From Mycolicibacterium smegmatis (lineage in GTDB: Bacteria; Actinomycetota; Actinomycetes; Mycobacteriales; Mycobacteriaceae): 32,000 nt of DNA. Within the stretch, counting starts at the first letter, position 1; the number at the start of each line of letters is the position of its first letter. The notes under the pieces were generated by a model. It was not told the DNA's origin, did no database searches, and saw nothing but the letters and a program-made list of their open reading frames with translations. The translations under genes were made by a program, and so were the position numbers. The stretch is taken from contig NZ_LN831039.1 of NCBI RefSeq assembly GCF_001457595.1, forward strand, positions 2,430,001 through 2,462,000. The letters run 5' to 3'. Shown piece by piece: positions 1 through 10,131 of the stretch.

Positions 1-315
1 TCCGAGGTGTTCACGGTGACCGACCGGCAGTGGCGCGGCATCGGCATGATCCCGCGTTCGGGGTGGACGTTGTCACCGCAGTACGCGGAGTTCGACGCCG
101 AACTGAGGTTCGGTGTCGGTCATCTGCAGGTCGCCGAATCGGCCGAGTGCCGCAGCGGCGAGGTGCTGCAGGGGCTGTTGAAACCCAACGAGTGCCCGGC
201 CTTCGGCAAGACCTGCACACCGCGAAACCCGTTGGGTGCCACCATGGTGTCGAGCGAAGGCGCGTGCGCCGCGTACTACCAGTTCCGTCGACTCGAGGCG
301 GCCGCTCATGTCTGA
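1..315 (+). CDS. hypD: Hydrogenase expression/formation protein HypD, C-terminal part (5' truncated by window edge)
   Basis: Frame 1 is open from base 1 ([24 protein letters not shown]...[11 protein letters not shown]), HypD-like C-terminus; stop TGA 313-315 overlaps the hypE start. Confidence 0.88.
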   Translation, partial: SEVFTVTDRQWRGIGMIPRSGWTLSPQYAEFDAELRFGVGHLQVAESAECRSGEVLQGLLKPNECPAFGKTCTPRNPLGATMVSSEGACAAYYQFRRLEAAAHV

Positions 316-1381
316 CGCACCGGTGACCATCGATCCCAGCGACTGGGTGTGCCCGCTGCCGCTGCGAGAGACCAAACGCATCGTGATGGGGCACGGCGGC
401 GGGGGAGTGCTGTCGGAGGAACTGATCGAGAACCTCTTCCTGCCGGCCTTCGACACGGCCGACGCGGGACCGGCCCGAGACTCGGCGCTGTTAAAGGTCG
501 GCGCGGGAACCGTGGCGGTGACCACGGATTCCTATGTGGTGCAACCATTGTTCTTCCCGGGCGGCGACATCGGCCACCTCGCCGTGAACGGCACCATCAA
601 CGATCTGGCGTGCAGCGGTGCGCAACCGGTCGCCCTGACCGCGGGGTTCATCCTCGAAGAGGGCCTCGAGATCGACGTGCTCGGCGCGGTCGCGCAGTCG
701 ATGGGTGCCGCAGCGCGGCACGCCGGCGTGCGGATCGTCACGGGCGACACCAAGGTGGTCGGCAAGGGCGGTGCCGACCAGTTGTTCGTCAACACCGCGG
801 GTGTCGGCGTGGTCCCGCCGGGCGTCAGCATCGGCCCGGAACTTGTGCGCCCAGGCGACCACATCCTCGTCTCGGGCAACCTGGGCGAGCACGGTGTGGC
901 GATCATGAGCGTGCGCGAGGGCATCGACTTCGGGACCGCGGTCACCACCGACAGCGCGCCGCTGCACCACCTGGTGGCGGCCATGCTGGCTACCGGCGAT
1001 CCCTCACACGTCCACGCGTTGCGCGACCCCACCCGGGGTGGTCTGGTGGCCTCGGTCGTCGAGATCGCGCGCGCCGCCCGGGTCGGCATGGAGCTCGACG
1101 AGGCGAACATCCCGGTGCCCGAATCGGTTTCGTCGGCCTGCTCGTTCCTGGGGCTGGATCCGCTGCAGGTGGCCAACGAGGGCAAGATCGTGGCCTTCGT
1201 CGACCCGGCGCACAGCGAGGCGATCCTGGAGACCATGCGGGCCAGGCCCGAGGGCGCGAACGCGGCGATCATCGGGCGCGTCGTCGAGGGCCACCCGGGA
1301 ATGGCGGTGGGCAAGACGCCGTTCGGCACCACCCGCGTGATCGAGCGCGAACTCGGCGAGCAGTTGCCCAGGATCTGTTGA
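308..1381 (+). CDS. hypE: Hydrogenase expression/formation protein HypE (carbamoyl dehydratase)
   Basis: [33 protein letters not shown]...; ends in the canonical -PRIC C-terminus. The ATG at 308 is preferred over the upstream 236 start; ATGTCTGA overlaps hypD. Confidence 0.96.
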   Translation: MSDAPVTIDPSDWVCPLPLRETKRIVMGHGGGGVLSEELIENLFLPAFDTADAGPARDSALLKVGAGTVAVTTDSYVVQPLFFPGGDIGHLAVNGTINDLACSGAQPVALTAGFILEEGLEIDVLGAVAQSMGAAARHAGVRIVTGDTKVVGKGGADQLFVNTAGVGVVPPGVSIGPELVRPGDHILVSGNLGEHGVAIMSVREGIDFGTAVTTDSAPLHHLVAAMLATGDPSHVHALRDPTRGGLVASVVEIARAARVGMELDEANIPVPESVSSACSFLGLDPLQVANEGKIVAFVDPAHSEAILETMRARPEGANAAIIGRVVEGHPGMAVGKTPFGTTRVIERELGEQLPRIC

Positions 1382-2914
1382 TCAGTCGCGCTCGTAGAAC
1401 CGACGCACCGTCTCGACCGTGTCGGCCTCGGCCGGGGACTTGTCGTCGCGGTAGCGCAGAACGCGCACGAACCGCAACGCCATGCCGGCCGGGTAGCGTG
1501 ACGATCGCTGCACACCGTCGAACGCGATCTCGACGACCTGCTCGGGGCGCAGGTGCACGACGTATCCGTCGGTGGGCCCGTCGGCCAATTCGAGGAACCG
1601 CTGGGTCTGCCATTCGAGCATCGCGTCGGTCATGCCCTTGAACGTCTTGCCCAACATGACGAACCCGCTGGAATCCGGATCCCGCGCCCCCAGATGGATG
1701 TTCGACAGCTTGCCCTGGCGGCGTCCCGAACCCCACTCGACCGCGAGCACGACGAGATCGAGCGTGTGGACGGGCTTGACCTTGAGCCATCCCGCGCCGC
1801 GCCGGCCGGCCTCGTACGCAGCGTGCGGTGACTTCGCCATGACCCCTTCGTGTCCGGCCGCCAGGGTGCGCTCCAAGAACTCCTGCGCCGCAACAGTATC
1901 CGTCGTCACGAGACGGTCCACACGCTGATCCTGCCGCACCAGCGCGTCGAGCGCGCCGAACCGTTCCTCGGTGGGCAGATCGAGCAGATCGCGGCCGTCG
2001 ACATGCAGCAGGTCGAAGAAGAACACCGACAGCGGACCCAGATCGCCCGGATCCTTGCGTCCGAACCGAGCGGCGGTGACCTGGAAGAGATGTGGTCTGC
2101 CATCGGGGCGCAGGGCGATGGCCTCGGCGTCGGCGATCAACTCGGTGGCGGGGAGCGCGAGCGTCGCCTCGACCACCTCGGGAAGGCGGTGCGTGACGTC
2201 GTCGAGGCTGCGCGTGTAGATCGAGACGTCACAGCCGCTACGGTGGATCTGCACGCGGGCGCCGTCCAGTTTGGCTTCCAGAACCGCTGTGCCGCCGAGG
2301 CGTTGGAGTGCGTCGTCCACGCTGGTGGCCGTTTGCGCGAGCATCGGCCCCACGGGCCGGCCCACCCGGAGCCGGAAGTCGGCCAGCGCGGCACGCCCGC
2401 CGGTGACGGCGGCGGCTGCGACCGCGGGCAGGTTGCCCGCGAGCATTGCGGCACGGCGTATCTCGGCTGCGGGAAGGCCTGCGGCCTTGGCGACGGCGTC
2501 GGCCATCACCCCGGCGAGTGCGCCCTGGCGCAGCTCACCGCTGAGCAGGTGACGCAGGAATCTCTGCTCGGTTTCGGTTGCCGCACTGAACAGCTCGTGA
2601 ACCAGACCGGCGCGGGTGGCCTGCGAACCTTTTCCGGCGACGGCCTTGATGGTGCTGAACCGGTCGTCGACGTCGTCGACGGTGAGGGAGGGTGTGGCGG
2701 CCGGCGGCGGCAACGTGCGCAACGCCGCCCAGCCGACACCGATCTGACGCTGCGGGAGTTCCCCGGAGAGCCAGGACACGATCACCGCGACCGCTTGGGT
2801 GTCATCCTCGGCTGCCGAGCGGGCGAGCAGCGTCGCGATGCGTTCGATCTTGACCAGGCGTGCCGAGGAGGCCGCGACTTCGGTGGACGCGGCGGCGACG
2901 TCGGCGAGCAACAT
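1382..2914 (-). CDS. ligB: ATP-dependent DNA ligase, LigB type
   Basis: [11 protein letters not shown] adenylation motif I plus C-terminal ...[43 protein letters not shown]. Internal start [11 protein letters not shown] at 2914. Confidence 0.93.
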   Translation of the reverse strand: MLLADVAAASTEVAASSARLVKIERIATLLARSAAEDDTQAVAVIVSWLSGELPQRQIGVGWAALRTLPPPAATPSLTVDDVDDRFSTIKAVAGKGSQATRAGLVHELFSAATETEQRFLRHLLSGELRQGALAGVMADAVAKAAGLPAAEIRRAAMLAGNLPAVAAAAVTGGRAALADFRLRVGRPVGPMLAQTATSVDDALQRLGGTAVLEAKLDGARVQIHRSGCDVSIYTRSLDDVTHRLPEVVEATLALPATELIADAEAIALRPDGRPHLFQVTAARFGRKDPGDLGPLSVFFFDLLHVDGRDLLDLPTEERFGALDALVRQDQRVDRLVTTDTVAAQEFLERTLAAGHEGVMAKSPHAAYEAGRRGAGWLKVKPVHTLDLVVLAVEWGSGRRQGKLSNIHLGARDPDSSGFVMLGKTFKGMTDAMLEWQTQRFLELADGPTDGYVVHLRPEQVVEIAFDGVQRSSRYPAGMALRFVRVLRYRDDKSPAEADTVETVRRFYERD

Positions 2915-3034
2915 CTTTTCAGCGTGCCACGCGGGTCGGACATCCATGCACGCTCGCGCGTGGTGAGGGTGCGTGCGGTGCTGATGTTTGACGGCGTGGC
3001 GGGCAGCAGGCACGCACGCTCGCGGTGCAGAGGG

Positions 3035-4627
3035 TCAGGTGACGTCGAAGGTGACGTAGTGCCAGCCGGTGGCGCCGTCGGGCACGGGATCGGCCAGGTC
3101 GGGGGTCTGGGTTTCCCCGGTGTTGTCGGTGGCACGCACGGTGATGGTGTGTTCACCTGGATCGGCGGCGGTCCAGTCGACACTCCACAGGCGCCAGGTG
3201 TCGTCGGAGTAGGCCGCGCCGAGTTGGGCCTGTTGCCACTCGCCGGGATCTGACGGCCCGTCGATCTTGACCTCGACCGCGCGGATGCCGCGGTGCTGAG
3301 CCCACGCCACGCCGCCGAAGCGCACCGGGCCGCGGGGGACCTGCTGACCCTCGCGCGGGACGTCGATGCGGGACTGGGTCTTGATGGGGCCATGCGCCGA
3401 CCAGCCGAGCTTGGTCCAGTACGCCTCGGCGCGGTCGAAGCGCGTGAGCTCGAGATCCACGACCCACTTGGTGGCCGAGACGTAGCCGTACAGCCCTGGC
3501 ACCACCAGGCGCGCCGGATAGCCGTGCGCGGCAGGCAGCGGTTCACCGTTCATGCCGATCGCCAGCAGTGCGTCACGGTCGTCGGTGAGCGCCTCGATCG
3601 GGCTGCCCGCGGTGAATCCGTCGATCGACGTCGACAGCGCCATGTCGGAATCCGTTGACACCCCGGCTTCTTCGAGCAGATCACGCACCCGGTAGCCCGT
3701 CCAGGTGGCGTTCGAGATGAGGTCGCCGCCCACAAAATTGGACACACACGTGAGCGTGACGACCTTCTCGACGACCTCGAAGCGGTCGAGGTCCTCGAAG
3801 CGGTAGGTCACCTCGCGGTCGGTCATGCCGTGGATACGCAACTGCCACTCGTCGCGCGTGAGCTGTGGCACCGTCAGCGCCGTGTCGATGCGGTAGAACT
3901 TCGGCGTCGGCGTGATGAACGACGGCAGCGACACACCCGCGGGTTGCACGTCCGGGGGGATCGGCGCTGCCGCGCGTGCGGCGCGCGGCAGCGTGAACGC
4001 GTCACGGTCACCGGCCACCGACGACGCCAGCCGCGACAGCACCGCGCCCGCCGCCCCGGTGACCACGCCGGTGGTCAGCAGGCCGAGCGCGACCAGCGAC
4101 CAGCGGCGGCCGGGGTCCACGGTGTCGTCGGCATGGTCGTCGGCATATCGGTCGGCACGTTGGTCGGCACGGTCTTCGGCGACGGCCTGCTCGTCCCGGA
4201 AACGGTCCGAGGTCAGCAGTCGCAACGCCGCGATGCCGCACACCGCGCCGATCACCGTCGGCAGGATCGCGACCCAGCCGGCCCCTGGGCGGGAGAGCAC
4301 CGCGACGCAGCCGAGCACCCCCGCGAGGCCGATCACGATGCTGCCGACCGGGCGACGGCGGGTCTCCAGCGGTGCCGTCACCGCGGCCAGCGTCGCGATG
4401 ATGGCGATGATCAGCACGGTGAGCAGGAGTTTGTCGGCCGTGCCGAACGTGGTGATGGCCCACTCCTTGACCGGTCCCGGCGTCAGGTCGATGACCGCCG
4501 ATCCCACCGCGGTGCGGGAATCGGCCGCGGGCCCGAAGGGCACCGCGACGATCCCGGCCACTCCCAGCGCCACGGCGGCCGCGGCGAGCCCGGCCAGCGG
4601 CGGAGTGCGGCGCACGCGTTCTGACAT
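3035..4627 (-). CDS. Membrane-anchored molybdopterin-dependent oxidoreductase (sulfite oxidase-like)
   Basis: N-terminal hydrophobic segments followed by ...GVSLPSFITPTPKFYRIDTALTVP...VTLTCVSNFVGGDLISNATWTGYRVRDLLEEAG (Moco-ligand Cys region) and a C-terminal dimerisation-like domain. Start MSERVRR. Confidence 0.9.
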   Translation of the reverse strand: MSERVRRTPPLAGLAAAAVALGVAGIVAVPFGPAADSRTAVGSAVIDLTPGPVKEWAITTFGTADKLLLTVLIIAIIATLAAVTAPLETRRRPVGSIVIGLAGVLGCVAVLSRPGAGWVAILPTVIGAVCGIAALRLLTSDRFRDEQAVAEDRADQRADRYADDHADDTVDPGRRWSLVALGLLTTGVVTGAAGAVLSRLASSVAGDRDAFTLPRAARAAAPIPPDVQPAGVSLPSFITPTPKFYRIDTALTVPQLTRDEWQLRIHGMTDREVTYRFEDLDRFEVVEKVVTLTCVSNFVGGDLISNATWTGYRVRDLLEEAGVSTDSDMALSTSIDGFTAGSPIEALTDDRDALLAIGMNGEPLPAAHGYPARLVVPGLYGYVSATKWVVDLELTRFDRAEAYWTKLGWSAHGPIKTQSRIDVPREGQQVPRGPVRFGGVAWAQHRGIRAVEVKIDGPSDPGEWQQAQLGAAYSDDTWRLWSVDWTAADPGEHTITVRATDNTGETQTPDLADPVPDGATGWHYVTFDVT

Positions 4628-4775
4628 GGTCAAACGGTAACCGGGAAACGGCCGCGCAGACCTTACGAAGTCGTGACATGTCACCACACCCCACGACATG
4701 ACCCGAAAGCCTTACGGGAAGCCCGCATGGGATAGGTTACTTTACGAATTCGGTCACTTTTGGAAAGGACGCTAG

Positions 4776-5543
4776 ATGGAGATCGAAGGCAAGAAGGCCG
4801 TCATCGTCGGCGGCGCGTCGGGCTTCGGCCGCGCGACCGCCGAGGCACTGGCCAAGCGCGGTGCCACCGTCGCGGTGCTCGACCGCCCGCAGTCCAAGGG
4901 CCAGGAGGTCGCCGACAGCATCGGCGGATCGTTCTTCGCGGTCGACGTCACCGACTTCGACGGCACAGAGAAGGTGCTGCAGGAAGCCGTCGACGCGCTC
5001 GGGGGACTGCACATCGCGGTGACGACGGCAGGCGGCGGCATCGGTGAACGCACCGTCAAGAAGGACGGTCCGCACAGCCTGGACTCTTTCCGCTCCACCA
5101 TCGACCTGAACCTGATCGGCACGTTCAACGTGAGTCGACTCGCCGCGTGGCACATGAGCAAGAACGACCCCGTCGACGCCGAGGGCGAGGAACGCGGCGT
5201 CATCATCAACACCGCGTCGATCGCGGCGTTCGAGGGCCAGATCGGGCAGGTCGCCTACACGGCGTCGAAGGCGGCCATCGCGGGCATGTCCCTGACCATG
5301 GCCCGCGATCTGGGCAGCCTGGGCATCCGGGCGCTGGCCATCGCCCCGAGCCTGTTCGCCACGGGCCTGACCGAAGGCATCCCCGACGATTTCGCGAAAG
5401 TTCTCACCAAGGACGCCGCCTTCCCCAAGCGTCTCGGCAAGCCCGACGAGTACGCCCGCCTGGCGCTGGCGATCGTCGAGAACCCGATGCTCAACGGCCA
5501 GTGCATCCGTTTGGACGGTGGTCAGCGGTTCGCTCCCAAGTAA
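4776..5543 (+). CDS. SDR family oxidoreductase, 3-hydroxyacyl-CoA dehydrogenase type 2-like
   Basis: Rossmann VIVGGASGFGRATAEAL; YTASK active site; GQCIRLDGGQR C-terminus. Confidence 0.93.
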   Translation: MEIEGKKAVIVGGASGFGRATAEALAKRGATVAVLDRPQSKGQEVADSIGGSFFAVDVTDFDGTEKVLQEAVDALGGLHIAVTTAGGGIGERTVKKDGPHSLDSFRSTIDLNLIGTFNVSRLAAWHMSKNDPVDAEGEERGVIINTASIAAFEGQIGQVAYTASKAAIAGMSLTMARDLGSLGIRALAIAPSLFATGLTEGIPDDFAKVLTKDAAFPKRLGKPDEYARLALAIVENPMLNGQCIRLDGGQRFAPK

Positions 5544-5605
5544 AGTGATCTGGTCGTGGCCGGTGCCGAACCGGCCACGCCGAAACCGCCGACGAGGGAG
5601 ACGCG

Positions 5606-7336
5606 ATGGCAACCTTCGCAGACCACATCATCGCCATGTTGTCGGCCAGCGGGGTGTGTCGTGTGTACGGGCTTCCGGGGGACAGTCTCAATGGGTTCAC
5701 TGATGCGATTCGTCGTAGTGGTGAGATCAGTTGGGAGCATGTGCGTCATGAGGAGACCGCGGCGTTCGCTGCGGCGGCGGATGCGGGGTTGACCGGGCAG
5801 TTGGCGGTGTGTGCGGGCTCGTGTGGTCCGGGGAATCTCCATCTGATCAACGGGTTGTTCGACGCGCAGCGCTCGCGGGTGCCGGTGCTGGCGATCGCCG
5901 CGCACATCCCGCGCAGCGAGATCGGTTCGCAGTATTTCCAGGAGACCCACCCGCAAGAGTTGTTCGGTGAGTGCAGTGTGTATTGCGAGTTGGTGAGCAC
6001 TCCGGAGATGGCGCCGCGCATCCTGGCGATGGCGATGCGTGCCGCGGTCGAGGACAACGGGGTGGCGGTGGTGGTCATCCCCGGGGAGATCTTCTTGCAA
6101 CGGATTCCCGAACAGCCGGTGCGGCCGATCAGCGCGACGCGGTCGGTGTTGTGTCCGGATGAGGCGTCGCTGCAGCGGGCGGCGGATATGTTGAATGCCG
6201 CCGAGCGGGTCACCATCCTCGGCGGCGCCGGGGTGGCCGGTGCCCACGACGCGCTGGTGCAGCTCGCCGCGACGCTGCAGGCGCCGGTGGTGCATGCGTT
6301 GCGGGGCAAGGAGTTCATCGAGTACGACAACCCGTTCGATGTGGGGATGACCGGGTTGTTGGGGTTCGCCTCGGGCTACAAGGCGATCAAAGAGGCCGAC
6401 ACGCTGTTGATGCTGGGCACCGATTTTCCGTATCAGCAGTTCTATCCGGAGAACGCCACGGTCATCCAGGTCGATGTGCGCGGGGCGCATCTGGGCCGGC
6501 GCACCCCGATCGATCTGGGGTTGCGCGGCACCGTCGGCGACACCCTGGCCGCTTTGCAACCGTTGTTGCGGCCCAAGCACGATCGCGAGCATCTGGATCG
6601 GGCGTTGCGCCACTACCGCAAGACCCGCGCGTCGTTGGATGCGTTGGCGGTCAACGATCGTGACCGCACCCCGATCCGCCCGGAATACCTCGCCGGGCTC
6701 ATCGACCGCCTCGCCGCCGCGGATGCGGTGTTCACCTGTGATGTCGGCTCGCCGGTGGTATGGGCCGCGCGCTATCTGTCGATGAACGGCCGGCGCCGGC
6801 TGCTCGGGTCGTTCAACCACGGCACCATGGCCAACGCGCTGCCCCACGCCATCGGCGCCCAAAGCGCCTACCCGGGCCGGCAGGTGATCGCCCTGGCCGG
6901 TGACGGCGGGTTGACCATGCTCTTCGGCGAGTTGGTCACCTTGATCCAGAACCGGTTGCCGGTCAAGGTGATCGTGTTCAACAACTCCTCGCTGAACTTC
7001 GTCGAGCTGGAGATGAAAGCCGCAGGCATCGTCACCTTCGGCACCGACCTGCAAAACCCCGACTTCGCCGCGGTGGCCACCGCGATGGGCATCTACGGCC
7101 GCCGCGTCACCGAACCCGCCGACCTCGAAGACGTCCTCAAAGAAGCCTTCGCCCACGACGGGCCCGCCGTCATCGACGTCCACACCGCCCGCCAGGAACT
7201 GTCCATCCCCCCAGCCATCACCATCGAACAAGCCAAAGGCTTCTCCCTCTACGCCATCCGCACCATCCTCGCCGGACGCAGCGACGAACTACTCGACCTC
7301 ATCACCACCAACGTCGCCCGACGCATCCTGGATTAG
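5606..7336 (+). CDS. poxB: Thiamine pyrophosphate-dependent pyruvate dehydrogenase/oxidase-like enzyme (PoxB-like)
   Basis: VYGLPGDSLNGFTDAIRRSGEISWEHVRHEETAAFAAAADAGLTG... and TPP-binding GDGGLTMLFGELVTLIQNRLPVKVIVFNNSSLNF. Confidence 0.92.
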   Translation: MATFADHIIAMLSASGVCRVYGLPGDSLNGFTDAIRRSGEISWEHVRHEETAAFAAAADAGLTGQLAVCAGSCGPGNLHLINGLFDAQRSRVPVLAIAAHIPRSEIGSQYFQETHPQELFGECSVYCELVSTPEMAPRILAMAMRAAVEDNGVAVVVIPGEIFLQRIPEQPVRPISATRSVLCPDEASLQRAADMLNAAERVTILGGAGVAGAHDALVQLAATLQAPVVHALRGKEFIEYDNPFDVGMTGLLGFASGYKAIKEADTLLMLGTDFPYQQFYPENATVIQVDVRGAHLGRRTPIDLGLRGTVGDTLAALQPLLRPKHDREHLDRALRHYRKTRASLDALAVNDRDRTPIRPEYLAGLIDRLAAADAVFTCDVGSPVVWAARYLSMNGRRRLLGSFNHGTMANALPHAIGAQSAYPGRQVIALAGDGGLTMLFGELVTLIQNRLPVKVIVFNNSSLNFVELEMKAAGIVTFGTDLQNPDFAAVATAMGIYGRRVTEPADLEDVLKEAFAHDGPAVIDVHTARQELSIPPAITIEQAKGFSLYAIRTILAGRSDELLDLITTNVARRILD

Positions 7337-7354
7337 GTCTGCCGCCAACAGATC

Positions 7355-8029
7355 TCACGCCGGGCGGGGGATGGCAGCCGCCTGGCCCTGCCCGATCCAC
7401 CGCGGCAGCGCGCGGCGGACCTCACCGGCACCCGACAGCGCGACGCTGCCGTCGAGTGTCGCGTGTGACCAACTGACGTCGCCCCGCCAGATGCGGGTGA
7501 GCGTGCGCAGGCTCGTCTGCACCGTGCCGGTCACCTCGTGTCCGGGATCGAAATCGCACACGTCGGCCTGGCCGTCGGCCACCACGAGCCACCACCGCGA
7601 CGCCTTGGGCGCGACGTCGTCGAAGATGAACGCCACGGTGGTGCGGGTGCGTGGCCACTCGTCGATGGGGATGGTGCGCCGCATGTCCCACATCAGCAGA
7701 TGCGGGTCGAGGTCCTGCTCGCCGAGGTCGCCGATCCAGCGCACGCCCCATGCGCCGAGTGCGTCGACGACGGTTGCCAGTTCCCGTCCGCACGCGGTGA
7801 GGGTGTACGAAGTGCGACCGTCGATTTCGTTGCGTTCGACCACACCGGCGCGGGTCAGCGACTTCAGCCTCCGCGACAGCAGGGCCGGCGACATCTTGGG
7901 CACGCCGCGGCGCAGATCGTTGAAATGGGTACTGCCCAACAGCAGTTCCCGCACCACGAGCAGGGTCCAGCGTTCATCGAGCAGTTCCATGGCTTTGGCG
8001 ACGGGGCAGAACTGGCCATAGGTCGACAT
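7355..8029 (-). CDS. Winged helix-turn-helix transcriptional regulator, HxlR family, with C-terminal extension
   Basis: MSTYGQFCPVAKAMELLDERWTLLVVRELLLGSTHFNDLRRGVPKMSPALLSRRLKSLTRAGVVER... Only the 3' part of the 655-aa track ORF is credible. Confidence 0.88.
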   Translation of the reverse strand: MSTYGQFCPVAKAMELLDERWTLLVVRELLLGSTHFNDLRRGVPKMSPALLSRRLKSLTRAGVVERNEIDGRTSYTLTACGRELATVVDALGAWGVRWIGDLGEQDLDPHLLMWDMRRTIPIDEWPRTRTTVAFIFDDVAPKASRWWLVVADGQADVCDFDPGHEVTGTVQTSLRTLTRIWRGDVSWSHATLDGSVALSGAGEVRRALPRWIGQGQAAAIPRPA

Positions 8030-8203
8030 GTGCGGCACCTTCCGGACAATTGCGCAACTGCGCACACCTGAGCACAAGTACACCGCGCAAACGTCGCCGA
8101 GCCAATACAGAATTTGAACCACAGGTAGTACAGATCTGTTACTGGATTCCTGTACCGGCGCGGCGGGACCATGACTGACACATGCCGAACCGAAGGAGTC
8201 ACC

Positions 8204-9019
8204 ATGGGCGTCGTCACCGTCGATCGAGAACTTGAGGCCAAACACCGGGCGCTGTGGGCGCTCGGGAACTACGGGGCGATCGCCGCCCACATCGTCGCAC
8301 CGCTGGGACCCGTCCTCGTCGAGGCCTGCGGTATCGGACCGGGGGACCGGGTGCTCGACATCGCGGCAGGCACGGGCAACGCCTCGATCCCCGCCGCGCT
8401 GGCAGGCGCTCAGGTCACCGCGAGCGACCTGTGCCCGCAACTGGTCGACGAGGGCGCACACGAGTCCGCCGAGCGAGGCGTGGACATCACGTGGAAAGAG
8501 GCCAACGCCGAGGCGCTGCCGTTCTCCGACGGCGAGTTCGACGTCGTGATGTCCTGCATCGGCGTGATGTTCGCGCCGCATCACGACCAGTCCGCTCGGG
8601 AGCTGTTGCGGGTCACGCGTTCCGGTGGACGGATCGGTCTGATCAGCTGGACCCCAGAGGGTTTCATCGGGCAGCTGTTCGCGACCATGAAGCCGTTCGT
8701 TCCCGCGCCGCCGCCGGGCGTGTCGCCACCGCCGTTGTGGGGCAACGCCGATCATGTCCGAACGCTGCTCGGCGATGGGATCGAGGACTTCGAGACGCAG
8801 CGTCGCTCGTTGACGGTGGACATGTTCGCCGACGGAGCCGCCTTCCGCGACTTCTTCAAGGCCAACTACGGTCCCACCATCGCGGCCTACCGCGCCGTCG
8901 GTGACGACGCCGAACGCACCGCGGCGCTCGACGAGGCCATCGCCTTGCTGGGGGACCGATATCTCGATTCCGGTGCCATGCAGTGGGAGTACTTGGTGGT
9001 GACTGCACACAAACGCTGA
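8204..9019 (+). CDS. Class I SAM-dependent methyltransferase
   Basis: VLDIAAGTGNASIPAALAGAQVTASDLCPQLV SAM motif; AAGGAG ribosome-binding site upstream of ATG 8204. Confidence 0.9.
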   Translation: MGVVTVDRELEAKHRALWALGNYGAIAAHIVAPLGPVLVEACGIGPGDRVLDIAAGTGNASIPAALAGAQVTASDLCPQLVDEGAHESAERGVDITWKEANAEALPFSDGEFDVVMSCIGVMFAPHHDQSARELLRVTRSGGRIGLISWTPEGFIGQLFATMKPFVPAPPPGVSPPPLWGNADHVRTLLGDGIEDFETQRRSLTVDMFADGAAFRDFFKANYGPTIAAYRAVGDDAERTAALDEAIALLGDRYLDSGAMQWEYLVVTAHKR

Positions 9020-9041
9020 GCGCCGCTGGCACGATGTCAGC

Positions 9042-10103
9042 ATGCCCGGTGATGTGCAGCAGTTGCCCACGTTGAGCGAACACGACCAGCAGGCCCTGCA
9101 GGCGTGGGTCCGATCCGAGAAGATCGGATCCACTGTCAGCGATGTGGAACCCCTGACCGGCGGCACGCAGAACATCGTCGTGCGCGTCCACGTCGACGGA
9201 CGCCCGATGGTGCTGCGGCGCCCGCCGGCCCATCCCCGGCCCACGAGCGACAAGACCATGCTGCGCGAGATCGCGGTGCTGCGCACCCTGGCCGGATCCG
9301 GTGTGCCACACCCCGGGTTCATCGCGGGCTGCGCCGATCTGGACGTGCTGGGCGTGGTGTTCTACCTCATGGAGGAGGTGGACGGGTTCAACCCGGGCAA
9401 CGAGGTCGCCCCCGCCTACCAACGCGCCGACATGCGCCACGCGGTGGGCCTGTCCTACGCCGCGAGCCTGGCCGGCCTGGGCAACGCGGCGTGGGAGAAC
9501 AGCGAACTCGCCGCGCTGCGGCGTCCGGGATCCTTTCTCGCACGCCAGGTTCCGCAGTTCCTCAAACTGCTCGAGAGCTATCGCCACGACAATTACGAGC
9601 CCGAGTCGATGGCCGGGGCGCAGCCGCTGGCGCAGTGGCTCGACGAACACCGACCGCCCGACGGCGAGCCGGGGATCATGCACGGCGACGCGCACCTGAA
9701 CAACGTGCTGCTGCGCCGTGAGGTCCCCGAGCTCGCGGCGTTCATCGACTGGGAGATGTGCACGATCGGAGATCCGCTGCTGGACCTCGGCTGGATGCTG
9801 GTGTGCTGGCCCGACGACCCCAACCCGATCAACGCCGGTTCGGCGCTGGCCGCCCTGGGCGGACTGGCCGGGCGCGCCGAGCTGCTCGACGCGTACCGGT
9901 CGGCCGGCGGCAGGCAGACCGAGCAACTCGATTGGTACGTGGCCCTGGCGTGTTTCAAGCTCGGCATCGTCATCGAGGGCACATGGTCGCGCTACCTCGC
10001 CGGGCAGGCCAACCGCGAGGCCGGCGAACAACTCCACGCCTCGGCCGAGAATCTCATGACCCTCGGCCTGCAGGTGACCAAGGGCGACAGCCCGTTCCGC
10101 TGA
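9042..10103 (+). CDS. Phosphotransferase family (APH-like/ACAD10-type kinase fold) protein
   Basis: LTGGTQNIVVRV...; MHGDAHLNNVLLRREVPELAAFIDWEMCTIGDPLLDLGWML, the APH catalytic HGD and IDWE motifs. Confidence 0.92.
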   Translation: MPGDVQQLPTLSEHDQQALQAWVRSEKIGSTVSDVEPLTGGTQNIVVRVHVDGRPMVLRRPPAHPRPTSDKTMLREIAVLRTLAGSGVPHPGFIAGCADLDVLGVVFYLMEEVDGFNPGNEVAPAYQRADMRHAVGLSYAASLAGLGNAAWENSELAALRRPGSFLARQVPQFLKLLESYRHDNYEPESMAGAQPLAQWLDEHRPPDGEPGIMHGDAHLNNVLLRREVPELAAFIDWEMCTIGDPLLDLGWMLVCWPDDPNPINAGSALAALGGLAGRAELLDAYRSAGGRQTEQLDWYVALACFKLGIVIEGTWSRYLAGQANREAGEQLHASAENLMTLGLQVTKGDSPFR

Positions 10104-10131
10104 GTTCCTTGCCGAGCAGACGCAAAAGATC

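Noticed and set aside
2940-3034. Direct repeats of gcacgctcgcg between ligB and the molybdoenzyme gene
   Set aside because: Short GC-rich repeats with no clear architecture; likely compositional.
1850-3253. 467-aa plus-strand ORF opposite ligB
   Set aside because: Shadow ORF; ligB carries clear ligase motifs.
5522-7231. 569-aa minus-strand ORF opposite poxB
   Set aside because: Shadow ORF from high GC; repetitive H/R/G/D composition, no domain logic, and poxB is well supported on the + strand.
7355-9322. 655-aa minus-strand ORF
   Set aside because: Only the last ~224 aa (from MSTYGQFCP) are an HxlR regulator. The upstream part is low-complexity antisense of the methyltransferase and phosphotransferase genes.
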